Assembly (NCBI GenBank): GCA_965248195.1
Contig: CBDFIQ010000002.1
Location: forward strand, 2,016,001 to 2,080,000
Source of the DNA: Longimicrobiales bacterium
GTDB lineage: Bacteria > Gemmatimonadota > Gemmatimonadetes > Longimicrobiales > Gaopeijiaceae
Direction: 5' to 3'
Length of the DNA: 64,000 bases
The notes under the pieces were generated by a model. That model did not search any database. It worked only from the letters and a program-made list of their open reading frames with translations, and was not told the DNA's origin. Below are positions 36,770-47,759 of this stretch, piece by piece; position 1 is the first letter of the stretch, and every line of letters begins with the position of its first letter. The position numbers were made by a program, and so were the translations under genes.

Positions 36770-38544
36770 GATTCCGCCCCTCTCAGGATCCGCTGTAGCT
36801 CACGGCGGGCCGTCGGCACCATCGCACTGTTGGGCTGGCTCAGGATGAGGTTCTCCAGGAGCCGGATCGCCTCGTCCACACCCTCCGGCGTCGCGCCCAT
36901 GAAACGCGCGAGCTCGAGCGCGGCCTCTGGGACCTCCGAAGAGTACGGATGGTCGCGCATGATCCGCCCCCTGAATCGCGCCGCCCGCTCCGGCGCGAGC
37001 CCCCCGTCCGCGATACGGGCGCCCATCGCGAGCAGCGGCGGTCGCTCGTCCTGGAGCGCGGCGTCGATAGCGGCCTCCAGTTCAGACAGCGCCCCCTCGG
37101 CGCGCCCGTGGTGCGCCAGGACGGCGCTCCGCATGAAAGCCGCGAGCGCCTCTCCTTCAAGCCGGTCGAGAAGGTCCAAAAGCCCGATTACCTCCGTAGC
37201 GATTTCGGGGGAGACACCGGAGAGTGCGTCCTGTAGAGCGGTGCGGCCCGGTATCACTTCCCCGCCGGCCAGATAGAGGTAACCACGCTCGAGAGCGCTC
37301 CTCGGGCCCGCTACACCCGCCAAGAGCGTTCGGGCGCCCTCCCGATCCCCGTCGGAATCGAGCTGAACGGCCACGGCGACCGCCAACTCATCCAGTTGGG
37401 GCGCATCCGGGAACTCCCTCGCGAACGCCGCCAGCGACTCCCTCATCTCCGCCATCTCCGCTCCACCGCGATCGATCCCGAGCCGAATGATCTCCGCGAG
37501 CGCCCGCCGGCGGTCGACATTACCCTCGGGGAGATCGTCGGCGATGGCGTGCTGGGCCTCGAGGGCTCGTAACGTGTCCCCGGTCGCGAGCGCCGCAAGG
37601 GTGATGCGTTGATCCAACGCCCGGGTTTCAGCATCATTGCCTGCGCTCTCGCGGAGGGCCTCGTACGCCCAAAGCACTACTCCCATGGCGGAAACCTCTT
37701 GAGCCTGTCGAGCGAGAGCCGTCAGAAAGCCCCGGCGCGGCCGGTCCGCCAGATTTTCCAGGGCGGTTTCAGCCAGGGCCCTCGCCTCGTCAAAGACACC
37801 CGCCTCGAGGGCGATGCGGGCCCCCGCGCGAAGCCGAGCTCCGGTCGTGGGGGGCTGCCACAACTGTTCGAGAAGAGGAAGCACGAACGTTTCTCGGTCC
37901 TCCTCGATCTCCCCTACTCTTCGCATCACCGCAGATACCTGGGACCCCTCGCTGCCGATGACCGCAGCCCACTCGAGGACCGCCTCCTCCGTGCGGCCAA
38001 GGTCGTTCAAGAGATCGCCCGCCTCCATGGCGAAAAGAGACGGACGCCCGAGCTCGGTCCGGCCCCGCTCCAAGACGGACAGGGCCCGCTCGGGACCGAA
38101 GACTCGAGCAAATACAGTTCTTATCTCCCGATAGGGCTCCGCTGAGGACCCGGCGCTGTCCATCCAGTCCTCGGCCGCAACCTCGAGCCCGCTCCCATCG
38201 TCGAGCTCCGCATACACCCGCAGCTCGAGGAGCCTTGGACCCGAAGCGTTCGGCTCCAGGTTAATGAATCGCTCGGCGAAGGGCAGGATCTCACGAATGC
38301 GGTCTTGAGCCCGAAGGACTCGTTCCAAGGCCAACATGCCGGGGGTGGACGTGGGTCGCTCGCCCAGGAGGCGCCGTAGGGTCTCCTCGGCTCCCTCCAG
38401 GTCACCCGAGGACTCCTCACTGGCCGCAGCCCGGAGCAGGCGTGTCTCCAAGCCAGGACCGTCTACCTGGGCATGGACCCCGAAGGGCCGAAGAAGGGCC
38501 ACGCAAAGGATAACGACGCTCCATCTCCATTCGGTGTTGCTCAC
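36766..38544 (-). CDS. Exported TPR-repeat protein
   Basis: Signal peptide; helical repeats; C-terminal HPYS..VPEA and QPNS..VPTAR motifs. Confidence 0.8.
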   Translation of the reverse strand: MSNTEWRWSVVILCVALLRPFGVHAQVDGPGLETRLLRAAASEESSGDLEGAEETLRRLLGERPTSTPGMLALERVLRAQDRIREILPFAERFINLEPNASGPRLLELRVYAELDDGSGLEVAAEDWMDSAGSSAEPYREIRTVFARVFGPERALSVLERGRTELGRPSLFAMEAGDLLNDLGRTEEAVLEWAAVIGSEGSQVSAVMRRVGEIEEDRETFVLPLLEQLWQPPTTGARLRAGARIALEAGVFDEARALAETALENLADRPRRGFLTALARQAQEVSAMGVVLWAYEALRESAGNDAETRALDQRITLAALATGDTLRALEAQHAIADDLPEGNVDRRRALAEIIRLGIDRGGAEMAEMRESLAAFAREFPDAPQLDELAVAVAVQLDSDGDREGARTLLAGVAGPRSALERGYLYLAGGEVIPGRTALQDALSGVSPEIATEVIGLLDLLDRLEGEALAAFMRSAVLAHHGRAEGALSELEAAIDAALQDERPPLLAMGARIADGGLAPERAARFRGRIMRDHPYSSEVPEAALELARFMGATPEGVDEAIRLLENLILSQPNSAMVPTARRELQRILRGAES

Positions 38545-41500
38545 CGGATCGTGCCCCGCGGTCCAGCGCGGCGCTCGGCCCGATTGAGCCGCTCGAAGTA
38601 CTCGAGCACCATCTGGCGTTGGGCCGGGGAGAGCCGTTGGAGCTCCTCCGCCGTGGGGGGCTGAAAGCGTAGCGCGCCCATGTCCTCCGGAGAGAGCACT
38701 TCGACCTCATTTCGCTCGAACTGGCCGGGCGCCGAAGATTCGCGCTCATCCGAATATTCTTCCTTCTCCAGGCTCCGTCCTGCATCGAGCAGCCGGTGGA
38801 AGAGCCTCTCTTGGCGCTGAAGCGTCTCGACGTCCAGGATCTCTCGTGCAAGCCTCTCGGCGAGTGCCTGAGCCTCCAGAGCCAGGGCCTGAAGATCGCC
38901 TAGGGCTTGAGCTTGGTCCGGCGGCCGATCCGCGAGTCCACCGAGTTGATTTGCGATTCTTTCTTGGCCCGCCGCCGCCTCTCGCAGCTGGCTCGCCTGC
39001 GCCTGCTGCCCGAGCTTCATGGGAGTGATCTGCCCGGTGCGCTGGTTCAGGGAGCCTTGTTGCTGGGCGATCTGCTGAAGCTGCTCGGTGACCTCTTCTC
39101 CGGACTCCCCCTGAGGCCCCGTCCCCTGGGCCTTGGCAGCCGACGCCGCCATCATGGCGGCTTCATTGAGCGCCGCGACCGCCTGCTCTGCGGCGCTGGC
39201 GGGAGACGGCGTGTCTCCACGCTGACTCTCCAGCGCATCGAGCGTCTCTTGTATGGCCTCCATCGCCTGGCCCAACTGCCCGGCGACCTCATCGCTCCCT
39301 TGGTCCCCCGACATCTCGGCCGAGAGGTTGTCCGCCGTGTTTCGGACTCCTTGGAGCAGCGCCGCTTCATCGCTACGCATGCTCGAGAGATCCTCACGAT
39401 TCGCACCACGCATCCGGTCCTGCAGGGCCGTCTGCTCGCGAGCTAGCGACAACGCATCCGTGGCCGTTTGCTCCAGGGCCTCCTGAGCGGCCTCCATGTT
39501 CTGCTGGGCCATCTGCTGCTGTCCCTGCTGCAGTTGCTGGGACATTTGGCTCAGGGCGTCCGCCGCCTGCTGGGCGGTCTCAGACGCCTGCTGGGGTTCG
39601 CCGTCCCGTGCCTGTTGGGCGGCCTCAGACATCGACTGCTGCGCCCGCTGGCCCTGGTTTTGGGCCTGCTCCACCGCCTCACGCGCCTGCTCCTCACCAG
39701 ACTCCGCCAACCGCTCCTGCAAATCATCGAGCGACTCGTTCAGATCCTGAGCACGGGCCTGCAACGCCTCCTGCTGCTCGGCCCTCAGCTCAGGGGAGTC
39801 CCCCTCCTTCATGGCGTCGGCCAGCGCCTGCTCCTGTTGGGCCAGTTCTTCCGCCTCCGCAGCGGTCGCCCGGAAGTCCTGTTCCATCGCTGCCCGCTCG
39901 AATTGCTCGATCGCTGCCTCCAGCCGATCTCGAAGAGCTTCCTGGTCCCCCGCCAACTCCCTGAGCGCCTCGTTGGCATCGTCGGCCGTCATCTCCTCGA
40001 TCTGTTCCGTGAGTTCCGACAGACGCTCCTCCAGACTCTCGGGTGCCAACTCATTCAGGAGTCTCTGGAGTTCCCTGATCTTCTCCTGAAGCTCCGGATC
40101 AGCGAGTCCGGTCGCCTCGAGGTCCCGGTTCAGTTCGGCCATTTCCGTTTCGAGGGAGTCCAGCGCGGCCAGTAGCTCCTCCTGCGCCTCCAGAGCTTCG
40201 CGGACCTCCTCTTGCTGGTCGAAGTCCAAACGCTCTTCGGATTCCTCTCTCCGGGTTTGGCTTTCAGCGTCACGCTGATTCGAGAGCTCACTTTCGAGCT
40301 CCTGCGTCTCCGCGGCGCGCTCCTCCGCCTGACTCGCCAACCGCTCCACACCGCGTGCGGCCTCGTCCAGACGCTCCTGGGCCTCCCGCCTCAGATCAGC
40401 GGCGGTGGGCAGTCTGAGTACGTACTCGCGCGTCTCACTCACGTTGGGGATCGGAGCGTTGTCCACCGCCCTCGCGAAGTACCGGATGGTGTCTCCGGGT
40501 AACAGCTCCCAGCTCGTGAGGTCGATGACCGGGCGAAGCAACGCCCCCCGTGTCCCCCCGACGGGTATGGGTTGTTCCACCGGAGTCAGGCGGTCCCCGA
40601 ACGCGGTCACCCGATAGACGACCAGGGCCAGGTGGTCCAACCCGTAGTCGTCCGCGGCCTCCAGGACGAGCGGCTGCCTGAGGGAGACCGGGAGGAGTGT
40701 ATCCCGGCCGGGGAGCAACACCGAGATATCGGGGGCGGAGTCGGGCACCATCGTGAGTACGAGGGGCGGCGGGAGGATCTCCGCCGGCTCGCCATCGACA
40801 CCGGTGAATCTCCATTCGTATATACCGCTCACTCGTGGCGTCCATCGGCCTTCGAAGCCGCGGCCATTCACGGTGATTTCCGCCTCTGCCCCGGCCCCTA
40901 CCTCCGCCCCTGCCTCCGCCCCTGCCTCCGCCTCTGCCTCCGCGTCTCCCTCCGCCTCTCCGTCGCTGCGTTCCAATCCTGCGGAAAGAAGCGGACGGCT
41001 GGCTTGTCCCTCGAACGAGAATACGCTCCTCACCGGAATTCGGAGTGGGGGCACCACGACGCCGTATTCCTCGGGGGAACGGCCCGTGTGCGGGGGGAAG
41101 GAAATCCGCACGATCAGGTCGCCGACCAGGAGCGGGTCCACCGGCTGAAGCCGGTATTGGGGCGACATCGCTCCATCCGGAGCCTGAACCCAATAGTCGG
41201 TTCGCGCCGTGACCCTGCGGAGCACGAACGATCCCCGGTCTCCGTCCAGTTCGATCAGTTCTTCGAGCTCGACGTCGCCGGCAGCCTGCCAGTGGACGGT
41301 CACCGTCGTCCGGCCGGGCGCAGACACCTCCATAGGCACATCGGAGCCCCTCAGGACTTCGACGTTTCCGGGAGTCACCACGAGTGCCGGCAGGGTCGGT
41401 CGCGCCATCAACTCGAACGGCCTCGCCAGCCCGGCCCACGCCATGAGAGATCGTCCCGGCGCCATCACGGTGAGGAGCACCACGAGCGGCATCAGCAGAA

Positions 41501-41981
41501 TGAGGCCCAGACCACCCCGCCGCATCCACCGTCCCACCTCATGGGTCATCCGTCCAGCGAGGTCCCGGTGCTCACCCCGAAGGTATCCGAGAGCGTTCTG
41601 GGCAGCCCGATCGGCAAGACCCGACGACACACCGGGCGGAAGCGTTTTGGCCAATTCCAAGGATCCCTTGAGGACGCCCGGCGCCATCCCGACTTCTTGC
41701 TCGATGCTGCTCGCGAGGTTCCGCTCACGGAGCCATGATCCGGTGAACCTCCGATGCACCAGCCAGGCAGACGCGCACAGTCCCACGATCAGCACGTCGA
41801 TGAGCAGCGGCGCCGACGTTCCCTGCCGCCAACCCTCTGGAGCCACGGCCACCCAAGCGAGAGCCAACGCACCGGCCAGGGCGGCACCGAGCCACAGACC
41901 GAGTGTCAAGCGAGCCCTTCCGAGCAGGTACGCCCTGACACCCTGGACGATCCGAGCGACGCTGGCCGGTGCCGGGCTCAC
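38541..41981 (-). CDS. DUF4175-like membrane protein with long coiled coil
   Basis: Three N-terminal TMs, Ig-like region (ADDYGL, PGDTIRYFARAVDN), Q/E-rich coiled coil, YFERL end. Confidence 0.8.
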   Translation of the reverse strand: MSPAPASVARIVQGVRAYLLGRARLTLGLWLGAALAGALALAWVAVAPEGWRQGTSAPLLIDVLIVGLCASAWLVHRRFTGSWLRERNLASSIEQEVGMAPGVLKGSLELAKTLPPGVSSGLADRAAQNALGYLRGEHRDLAGRMTHEVGRWMRRGGLGLILLMPLVVLLTVMAPGRSLMAWAGLARPFELMARPTLPALVVTPGNVEVLRGSDVPMEVSAPGRTTVTVHWQAAGDVELEELIELDGDRGSFVLRRVTARTDYWVQAPDGAMSPQYRLQPVDPLLVGDLIVRISFPPHTGRSPEEYGVVVPPLRIPVRSVFSFEGQASRPLLSAGLERSDGEAEGDAEAEAEAGAEAGAEVGAGAEAEITVNGRGFEGRWTPRVSGIYEWRFTGVDGEPAEILPPPLVLTMVPDSAPDISVLLPGRDTLLPVSLRQPLVLEAADDYGLDHLALVVYRVTAFGDRLTPVEQPIPVGGTRGALLRPVIDLTSWELLPGDTIRYFARAVDNAPIPNVSETREYVLRLPTAADLRREAQERLDEAARGVERLASQAEERAAETQELESELSNQRDAESQTRREESEERLDFDQQEEVREALEAQEELLAALDSLETEMAELNRDLEATGLADPELQEKIRELQRLLNELAPESLEERLSELTEQIEEMTADDANEALRELAGDQEALRDRLEAAIEQFERAAMEQDFRATAAEAEELAQQEQALADAMKEGDSPELRAEQQEALQARAQDLNESLDDLQERLAESGEEQAREAVEQAQNQGQRAQQSMSEAAQQARDGEPQQASETAQQAADALSQMSQQLQQGQQQMAQQNMEAAQEALEQTATDALSLAREQTALQDRMRGANREDLSSMRSDEAALLQGVRNTADNLSAEMSGDQGSDEVAGQLGQAMEAIQETLDALESQRGDTPSPASAAEQAVAALNEAAMMAASAAKAQGTGPQGESGEEVTEQLQQIAQQQGSLNQRTGQITPMKLGQQAQASQLREAAAGQERIANQLGGLADRPPDQAQALGDLQALALEAQALAERLAREILDVETLQRQERLFHRLLDAGRSLEKEEYSDERESSAPGQFERNEVEVLSPEDMGALRFQPPTAEELQRLSPAQRQMVLEYFERLNRAERRAGPRGTIR

Positions 41982-42664
41982 GGGACCATCTGGCTGAGGA
42001 CGTACAAATAGAGATTCACACCCATACGGAGCGCTGACTCGCGCACATCGGGCGGGTCATCGTGGACATCAGCATCCTCCCAGCCATCGCCGAGGTCCGA
42101 CTCGTAACTGTAGAACACGACCAGCCGCCCACCATGGAAGATACCGAAGGCCTGCGGTGGCCCCCCGTCGTGTTCGTGGATCTTGGGCAACCCCTCCGGA
42201 AAGTTGTACATCATTCGGAATACGGCCTGGTCCGGTGGAATCTCGGCCAGCTCGTACTCCGGAAAGATCGCCGTGATTTCTTCGCGGAACGACTCATCCA
42301 TACCGTAATTGTCGTCCGCGTGGAGGAAGCCCCCGGCCAGGAGATACTCCCGCAGGGCCGTCCGCTCTTCAGGGGAAAAGCGCACGTTCCCGTGGCCGGT
42401 CATGTAGAGGAAGGGGTGATCCTTCAGCGTCGGATCTAGAGGCCGTACCGTCTGCGGCCGAGCCGACACCGGCAAGCCCGTTCGTTCCCGAATGGCCACG
42501 AGCAGGTTAGGCAGGGAGGACGGGTTCGCGTACCAGTCCCCGCCACCCTCGTACTGCAGCCGAGTGATGGTCAGAACCGAATCGGGCTGTAGGCCCGGGC
42601 CGGCATCGGGCTGCACGCCCGGCCCGGCCGACGTTAGAGCGGTGATGACAAGAGCGAGCATCAC
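41978..42664 (-). CDS. DUF4159 domain protein
   Basis: GGGDWYANP, YMTGHG, GGFLHADDNYG, PKIHEHDG, DLGDGWED. Confidence 0.88.
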   Translation of the reverse strand: MMLALVITALTSAGPGVQPDAGPGLQPDSVLTITRLQYEGGGDWYANPSSLPNLLVAIRERTGLPVSARPQTVRPLDPTLKDHPFLYMTGHGNVRFSPEERTALREYLLAGGFLHADDNYGMDESFREEITAIFPEYELAEIPPDQAVFRMMYNFPEGLPKIHEHDGGPPQAFGIFHGGRLVVFYSYESDLGDGWEDADVHDDPPDVRESALRMGVNLYLYVLSQMVP

Positions 42665-42728
42665 GACAGCATCCCGCGTGCTTCCTGCGCTCCATTGGCG
42701 ATCGCTTCCTTCACCCCGACTCCTCTGG

Positions 42729-43583
42729 TCAACCCGATCCCTCTGAATCGTCCTCTAACGAGTGGACGATCTCGTATGCCGCATTCTTGGCAATACCGAG
42801 GCGGGACGACACCTCTCGCGCTGCTCGGCTCTGGGTGAGGCCTTCGGCCAGCAAGGCCCCCGCCAACGCTCGAGCGGCAGCCTCGTCGACGCTTTCCGTC
42901 CCCTCCGCCGGGGACCGCGGGGAAACCACTACAGTGACTTCTCCCCGTGCCTTGTTCTCCGCGTAGTAACGCGCGGCTTCCGCCATTGTTCCTCTGTAAA
43001 ACTCTTCATGAATCTTGGTCATTTCGCGTGCTACGACAACCTGCCGATCGTCGGCCACAAGCCCCACGAGATCCTTCAGTAGGGTAGCCACACGTTCGGG
43101 AGACTCGAATACGATGGAGGTTTCAGGTGCCGCAGCGATCTGGTCGAGCATCGCCTGCCGCAACTTGCCTTTTCTGGGGACGAAGCCATGGAAGATGAAG
43201 GGAACGGTGGGAACGCCGGCCCCCATGAGCGCTGAAAGGATCGCCGAGGGGCCAGGAACCGGAACCACGGTGTGTCCGGCGTGCAACACCGCCCCTACCA
43301 GCCGCTCGCCAGGATCCGAGAGCAGCGGCGTGCCCGCGTCCGAGACCAGCGCGAGTTTCTCACCGCCATCCAACCGCTCAACGACTCGCCGGATCCGAGA
43401 CGCCTCATTGTGCTCGTGAAGCGAGGTCAGCGATGTGGGGAGGTGGAAGCGGGCGAGAAGCTTCCGGGTACGACGCGTGTCTTCGGCTAGGATGCCGTCG
43501 ACCGATCCGAGAACTTCGATCGACCGGGCCGAGGCGTCGGAGAGGTTGCCGATCGGGGTGGCTACGATGTACAGGGTGGACAT
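42729..43583 (-). CDS. rsmI: 16S rRNA C1402 2'-O-methyltransferase
   Basis: LYIVATPIGNL, AEDTR, SDAGTP, FESPER, REMTKIHEE. Confidence 0.96.
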   Translation of the reverse strand: MSTLYIVATPIGNLSDASARSIEVLGSVDGILAEDTRRTRKLLARFHLPTSLTSLHEHNEASRIRRVVERLDGGEKLALVSDAGTPLLSDPGERLVGAVLHAGHTVVPVPGPSAILSALMGAGVPTVPFIFHGFVPRKGKLRQAMLDQIAAAPETSIVFESPERVATLLKDLVGLVADDRQVVVAREMTKIHEEFYRGTMAEAARYYAENKARGEVTVVVSPRSPAEGTESVDEAAARALAGALLAEGLTQSRAAREVSSRLGIAKNAAYEIVHSLEDDSEGSG

Positions 43584-43598
43584 GCGGGCAGTATAGCG

Positions 43599-43640
43599 AA
43601 AAAAACGGCGACCCGGAGACTCAGGCCTCCGGGCCGCCGC
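43599..43640 (-). terminator. Intrinsic terminator after trxA
   Basis: CGGCGGCCCGGAGGC-loop-GTCTCCGGGTCGCCG followed by T7. Confidence 0.85.
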
Positions 43641-43669
43641 ACGCCCCCTAAGGACTCAGGCGCTCCACC

Positions 43670-44005
43670 CTACATGTGCTCTTTGATCTTCGCCTCCAGC
43701 GTCGGGCGCGGTACCGCTCCGACCACCGTGTCCACGTGCTCGCCGTCCTTGAAGAACAGCACGCTCGGGATCGAACGCACGGCGAACCGGACGGTCACAT
43801 CCGGATTTTGGTCGACATCCAGCTTTCCCACCGTGACGCCGTCGTCACTGTACTCGTCCGCCAACGCCTCTACAATGGGCCCGACCATGCGACACGGGCC
43901 GCACCACTCAGCCCAGAAATCAATCATCGCAAGACCGGTGGACCCCTCGACGGTCTCCGCAAAGTTCTGATCCGTGATCTCCACGATATTTTCGCTCACA
44001 CCCAT
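43670..44005 (-). CDS. trxA: Thioredoxin
   Basis: DFWAEWCGPC, RSIP. Confidence 0.96.
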   Translation of the reverse strand: MGVSENIVEITDQNFAETVEGSTGLAMIDFWAEWCGPCRMVGPIVEALADEYSDDGVTVGKLDVDQNPDVTVRFAVRSIPSVLFFKDGEHVDTVVGAVPRPTLEAKIKEHM

Positions 44006-44096
44006 CACTCGATCTCCTTGTACCTTCGATGGGCCAGACCTACCATCCGGCCCAAGGTTGTCCGCTTCTACTTCACTGATTCTATCGCACTGATTG

Positions 44097-44492
44097 ATGA
44101 ACGGGTTTCCGCTCGACCACGTCGGCGTCGCAGTTCCGTCCATTCGAGAGTCTGCAGCGACCTTCGAACCCATCAGTGGGGCCACTTGTTCCAGCATCGA
44201 AGAACTGCCGGGACATGACGTGAACGTAGCTTTCGTCGGCTCGATCGAACTCATCGAGCCGAGATCCAGCGCCAGCCCCGTCGCACGTTTCCTCGCCCGC
44301 CGCGGACCCGGCATTCACCACCTTGCCTACCGGGTGTCCGACCTTCGCACGACCCTCCAAGATCTAAATACTCGAGGGTTCCAACTCATCGACGAGGAAC
44401 CCCGCCCAGGCGCTCGCGGGCACCTGGTAGCGTTTGTTCATCCCAAGTCGACCGGCGGCGCCTTGATCGAATTGGTACAACACGGCCCGTGA
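44097..44492 (+). CDS. mce: Methylmalonyl-CoA epimerase (VOC family)
   Basis: DHVGVAV, IELIEP, GPGIHHLAY, FVHPKSTGGALIELVQ. Confidence 0.88.
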   Translation: MNGFPLDHVGVAVPSIRESAATFEPISGATCSSIEELPGHDVNVAFVGSIELIEPRSSASPVARFLARRGPGIHHLAYRVSDLRTTLQDLNTRGFQLIDEEPRPGARGHLVAFVHPKSTGGALIELVQHGP

Positions 44493-44506
44493 CCGCTAGT
44501 GAGCCC

Positions 44507-44947
44507 CTACTCGGCGCCCGTGATCTTCGTCACCTCGATCACATTGACCAGCCAACGATCGGGTGGCTCCAGCACGACGGTAAAGCCGACATCCTGCACT
44601 GTCGTACCCATAGGAAGCGACATATCCACGCCGATCCGGATGGTCGAAACTTCCGCTCCAGGCACCGGACGCTCTGAAATGATCTGATAATTGTCGTGCT
44701 GGAGGATATCGGCGATCACGTCCATTCGCAGTTCGACCTCCTCCCTTCCCCTCGAGTCTCCGATGGGTCCCTCGTCGGTCCCGAACAGGCGCGACATCGT
44801 CTCGAGATCTCGCGCGTTGGCGGCCTGCAGAAACCGCTCTACCGTCAGGGCCGGAGCGACCCGCAACGGCGCTTGACTCATGGTCGTTCGACTGGTGCAT
44901 GCACCGGTCGACATGAGCAGAACGAACAAAATGGGCAGACGTTTCAC
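44507..44947 (-). CDS. Hypothetical lipoprotein (NTF2-like appearance)
   Basis: Lipobox TGAC; VERFLQAANARDLETM. Confidence 0.75.
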   Translation of the reverse strand: MKRLPILFVLLMSTGACTSRTTMSQAPLRVAPALTVERFLQAANARDLETMSRLFGTDEGPIGDSRGREEVELRMDVIADILQHDNYQIISERPVPGAEVSTIRIGVDMSLPMGTTVQDVGFTVVLEPPDRWLVNVIEVTKITGAE

Positions 44948-44961
44948 CGGTCGGACTCCGG

Positions 44962-47595
44962 TTACGAGACAGCTTCTCGGCGCTCGAGGGTGTGCTCGAA
45001 CCGTACCTGCAACGCGTCGCCCGGGACGAGCGACACTCGAATCGTTGAGCCATCCTCCACAACTTCCTCGAGCAGGTACATGGCCAGGGGATCCTGAATG
45101 CCGTGCTGGATCGCACGCTTGAGGGGGCGAGCACCAAACGCTGGATCGAAGCCCTCGCGGGCCAAGGCGTCCTTGACATCATCCTCGACCGAGAGCCTCA
45201 TGCCCAACTCCTCGACCAGTTCCTCCAGGCGGCGAAGCTGTAGCTCCGCGATCGTCCGTAAGCTCTCCTTCGAGAGCGGCGAGTAAACCATGATGTCGTC
45301 CACGCGATTCAGAAACTCCGGACGGAAGTGACCGTGGAGCACCGTCTTCACAGCATCCACGGCAGAATCCCACTCGGCCGTCTCTGAGCCCTCCGACCCC
45401 AAGCTCTCCAAGATGATCTGGCTCCCGAGATTCGAGGTCATGAGGATGACCGTGTTACGAAAATCTACCGTTCGCCCCTGTGAATCGGTAAGGCGCCCGT
45501 CGTCCAGAATCTGGAGGAGCACGTTGAACACTTCCGGATGCGCTTTCTCGATTTCGTCGAAGAGGATCACGGCGTGGGGCCGACGGCGGACGGCCTCGGT
45601 GAGCTGGCCTCCTTCCTCGAACCCCACGTAACCGGGAGGCGCTCCGATCAGGCGCGCAACAGCATGCTTCTCCATGTATTCCGACATGTCGAGGCGGACC
45701 ATCGCACGCTCGTCGTCGAATAGGAACTCGGCGAGGGAGCGAGCCGTCTCCGTCTTCCCGACGCCGGTGGGGCCAAGCAAAATGAACGAGCCCACGGGCC
45801 GGTTCGGGTCCTGGAGACCCGTGCGGGCCCGCCGGACCGCGTTCGCCACCGCATGGATCGCTCCGGGCTGGCCGACCACCCGCTCGCCGAGCAGCTCCTC
45901 CAGCTGGCGGAGGCGCTCCCGCTCCGTCTCCATCAGCCGGGACACCGGGATGCCAGTCCACTCCGCGACCACCTCCGCGATGTCGTCCGCGTCGACCTCT
46001 TCTTTGAGGAACTTGCCCTCGCCCTGCAGTTTGGCGAGACGCTCCTCGGCGACCGCGATCGCCTGTTCCGTGCCTGGGATCTCCGAGTACTGGACCTCCG
46101 CCGCTCGCTCGAGATCGCCGGTGCGCGTGGCCCGCTCGGCCTCCACCCGAAGTTCGTCGAGCCGCTCCTTCAACCCCCGCAACCGCTCGATGGCCTGCTT
46201 CTCAGACTGCCAGCGTGCCTTCATGCCTGCGCTCCGCTCCTTGAGGTCCGATAACTCGGCCTCGACACCGGCCAGGCGATCCTTGGCGCTCTTCTCGACC
46301 TCGCCGCTCAGCGCCTCCTTCTCGATCGCGAGCTGCGTGATGCGGCGCTCGACCTCGTCGATTTCCTGTGGCATCGAGTCGAGTTCGATGCGAAGGCGGC
46401 TCCCCGCCTCATCCACGAGGTCTATCGCCTTGTCCGGGAGAAATCGGCCACCGACGTAACGATCCGAAAGCTTGGCCGCGGCCACAACGGCGTCGTCGGT
46501 GATCCGCACCCCATGGTGAACCTCGTAGCGCTCCTTGAGCCCGCGAAGAATCGCCACGGTGTCGTCGACCGAGGGTGGTGCCACGTAGACCGGCTGGAAC
46601 CGCCGCTCGAGCGCCGCATCCTTCTCGATGTGCTTGCGGTACTCACTGAGCGTCGTCGCCCCCACCACACGCAACTCACCTCGGGCCAGGGCGGGCTTCA
46701 GCATGTTTCCGGCGTCGACCGCACCCTCCGCGGCCCCGGCCCCTACGATCGTATGGAGCTCATCGATGAAGATGATGAATTGCCCCTCCCCCTCCGTGAT
46801 GTCTTTGAGAACAGCCTTCATGCGTTCCTCGAACTCCCCGCGGTATTTGGCACCCGCCACCATGGCGGAGATATCGAGCGCGAGTAGACGCTTGTCCGCG
46901 AGAGTGGTTGGGACGTCACCGCTCACGATCCGCTGGGCGAGGCCCTCGGCAATGGCCGTCTTCCCCACTCCGGGCTCGCCGATGAGGACCGGGTTGTTCT
47001 TGGTTCGGCGTGCGAGGACCTTCATGACCCGGCGGACTTCCTCGTCACGACCGATCACAGGATCGAGCTTGCCCTGGCGGGCCAACGCGGTCAGATCCCG
47101 GCTGTAACGTTCGAGGGCCCTGTACTTTTCCTCGGGACTCTGGTCGGTGACCCGGTGACCACCGCGTACCGCGCTCAGGGCTTCGAGAACGCGCTCCTGG
47201 GTCGCGCCGGCCTCTCTGAGCGCCGCACCGGCCTCTCCTTCTTCGACCGTGAGCCCGAGGAGGAAGTGTTCCGTGGAGACGTACTCGTCGCCCAACGTCT
47301 GAGCCTGCTTCTCGGCCTCGACGAGGACCTGGTCGAGGTCGCTGCTAAGGGTCGGATCCGAACCCCCGGTGACCCGGCCGTGCGCGTCGAGGGCCGCCTC
47401 GACTCCTTCTCGCACCACCGGCACCGCCGCCCCCAGCTTCTGGAGCACCGGAAGGACGATCCCTTCTTCCTGGTCGAGAAGGACGTGGAGCAGGTGGGCA
47501 GCATCGATCTCCGCGGCCTCCCGGCGGCGGGCTTCCTCCGAGGCGCCCTTAAGGGCTTCCCCAGCCTTCACCGTCAATCTATCAAAGCTCAGCAT
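44962..47595 (-). CDS. clpB: ATP-dependent chaperone ClpB
   Basis: Two AAA modules ([16 protein letters not shown]) and a long middle coiled coil. Confidence 0.97.
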   Translation of the reverse strand: MLSFDRLTVKAGEALKGASEEARRREAAEIDAAHLLHVLLDQEEGIVLPVLQKLGAAVPVVREGVEAALDAHGRVTGGSDPTLSSDLDQVLVEAEKQAQTLGDEYVSTEHFLLGLTVEEGEAGAALREAGATQERVLEALSAVRGGHRVTDQSPEEKYRALERYSRDLTALARQGKLDPVIGRDEEVRRVMKVLARRTKNNPVLIGEPGVGKTAIAEGLAQRIVSGDVPTTLADKRLLALDISAMVAGAKYRGEFEERMKAVLKDITEGEGQFIIFIDELHTIVGAGAAEGAVDAGNMLKPALARGELRVVGATTLSEYRKHIEKDAALERRFQPVYVAPPSVDDTVAILRGLKERYEVHHGVRITDDAVVAAAKLSDRYVGGRFLPDKAIDLVDEAGSRLRIELDSMPQEIDEVERRITQLAIEKEALSGEVEKSAKDRLAGVEAELSDLKERSAGMKARWQSEKQAIERLRGLKERLDELRVEAERATRTGDLERAAEVQYSEIPGTEQAIAVAEERLAKLQGEGKFLKEEVDADDIAEVVAEWTGIPVSRLMETERERLRQLEELLGERVVGQPGAIHAVANAVRRARTGLQDPNRPVGSFILLGPTGVGKTETARSLAEFLFDDERAMVRLDMSEYMEKHAVARLIGAPPGYVGFEEGGQLTEAVRRRPHAVILFDEIEKAHPEVFNVLLQILDDGRLTDSQGRTVDFRNTVILMTSNLGSQIILESLGSEGSETAEWDSAVDAVKTVLHGHFRPEFLNRVDDIMVYSPLSKESLRTIAELQLRRLEELVEELGMRLSVEDDVKDALAREGFDPAFGARPLKRAIQHGIQDPLAMYLLEEVVEDGSTIRVSLVPGDALQVRFEHTLERREAVS

Positions 47596-47759
47596 TGGGC
47601 TCGTTCCTCCTAAGCATCCTGCCATTGTGGCATATTCAGGTGCCGTGTTCCGTCGCCTTGGCACACCGAGCCGCCAAAGCGGCGGCGGCGGCGCCTCCGA
47701 ACACTCATGATGCCTTTAACAGACTCAAGATCCGGGCCAGGATGGGCCCGCTGTGCGGC

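Noticed and set aside
23774..44005. Selenoproteins among redox genes (A-type carrier, thioredoxin)
   Set aside because: The active-site residues are ordinary Cys codons in open frames.
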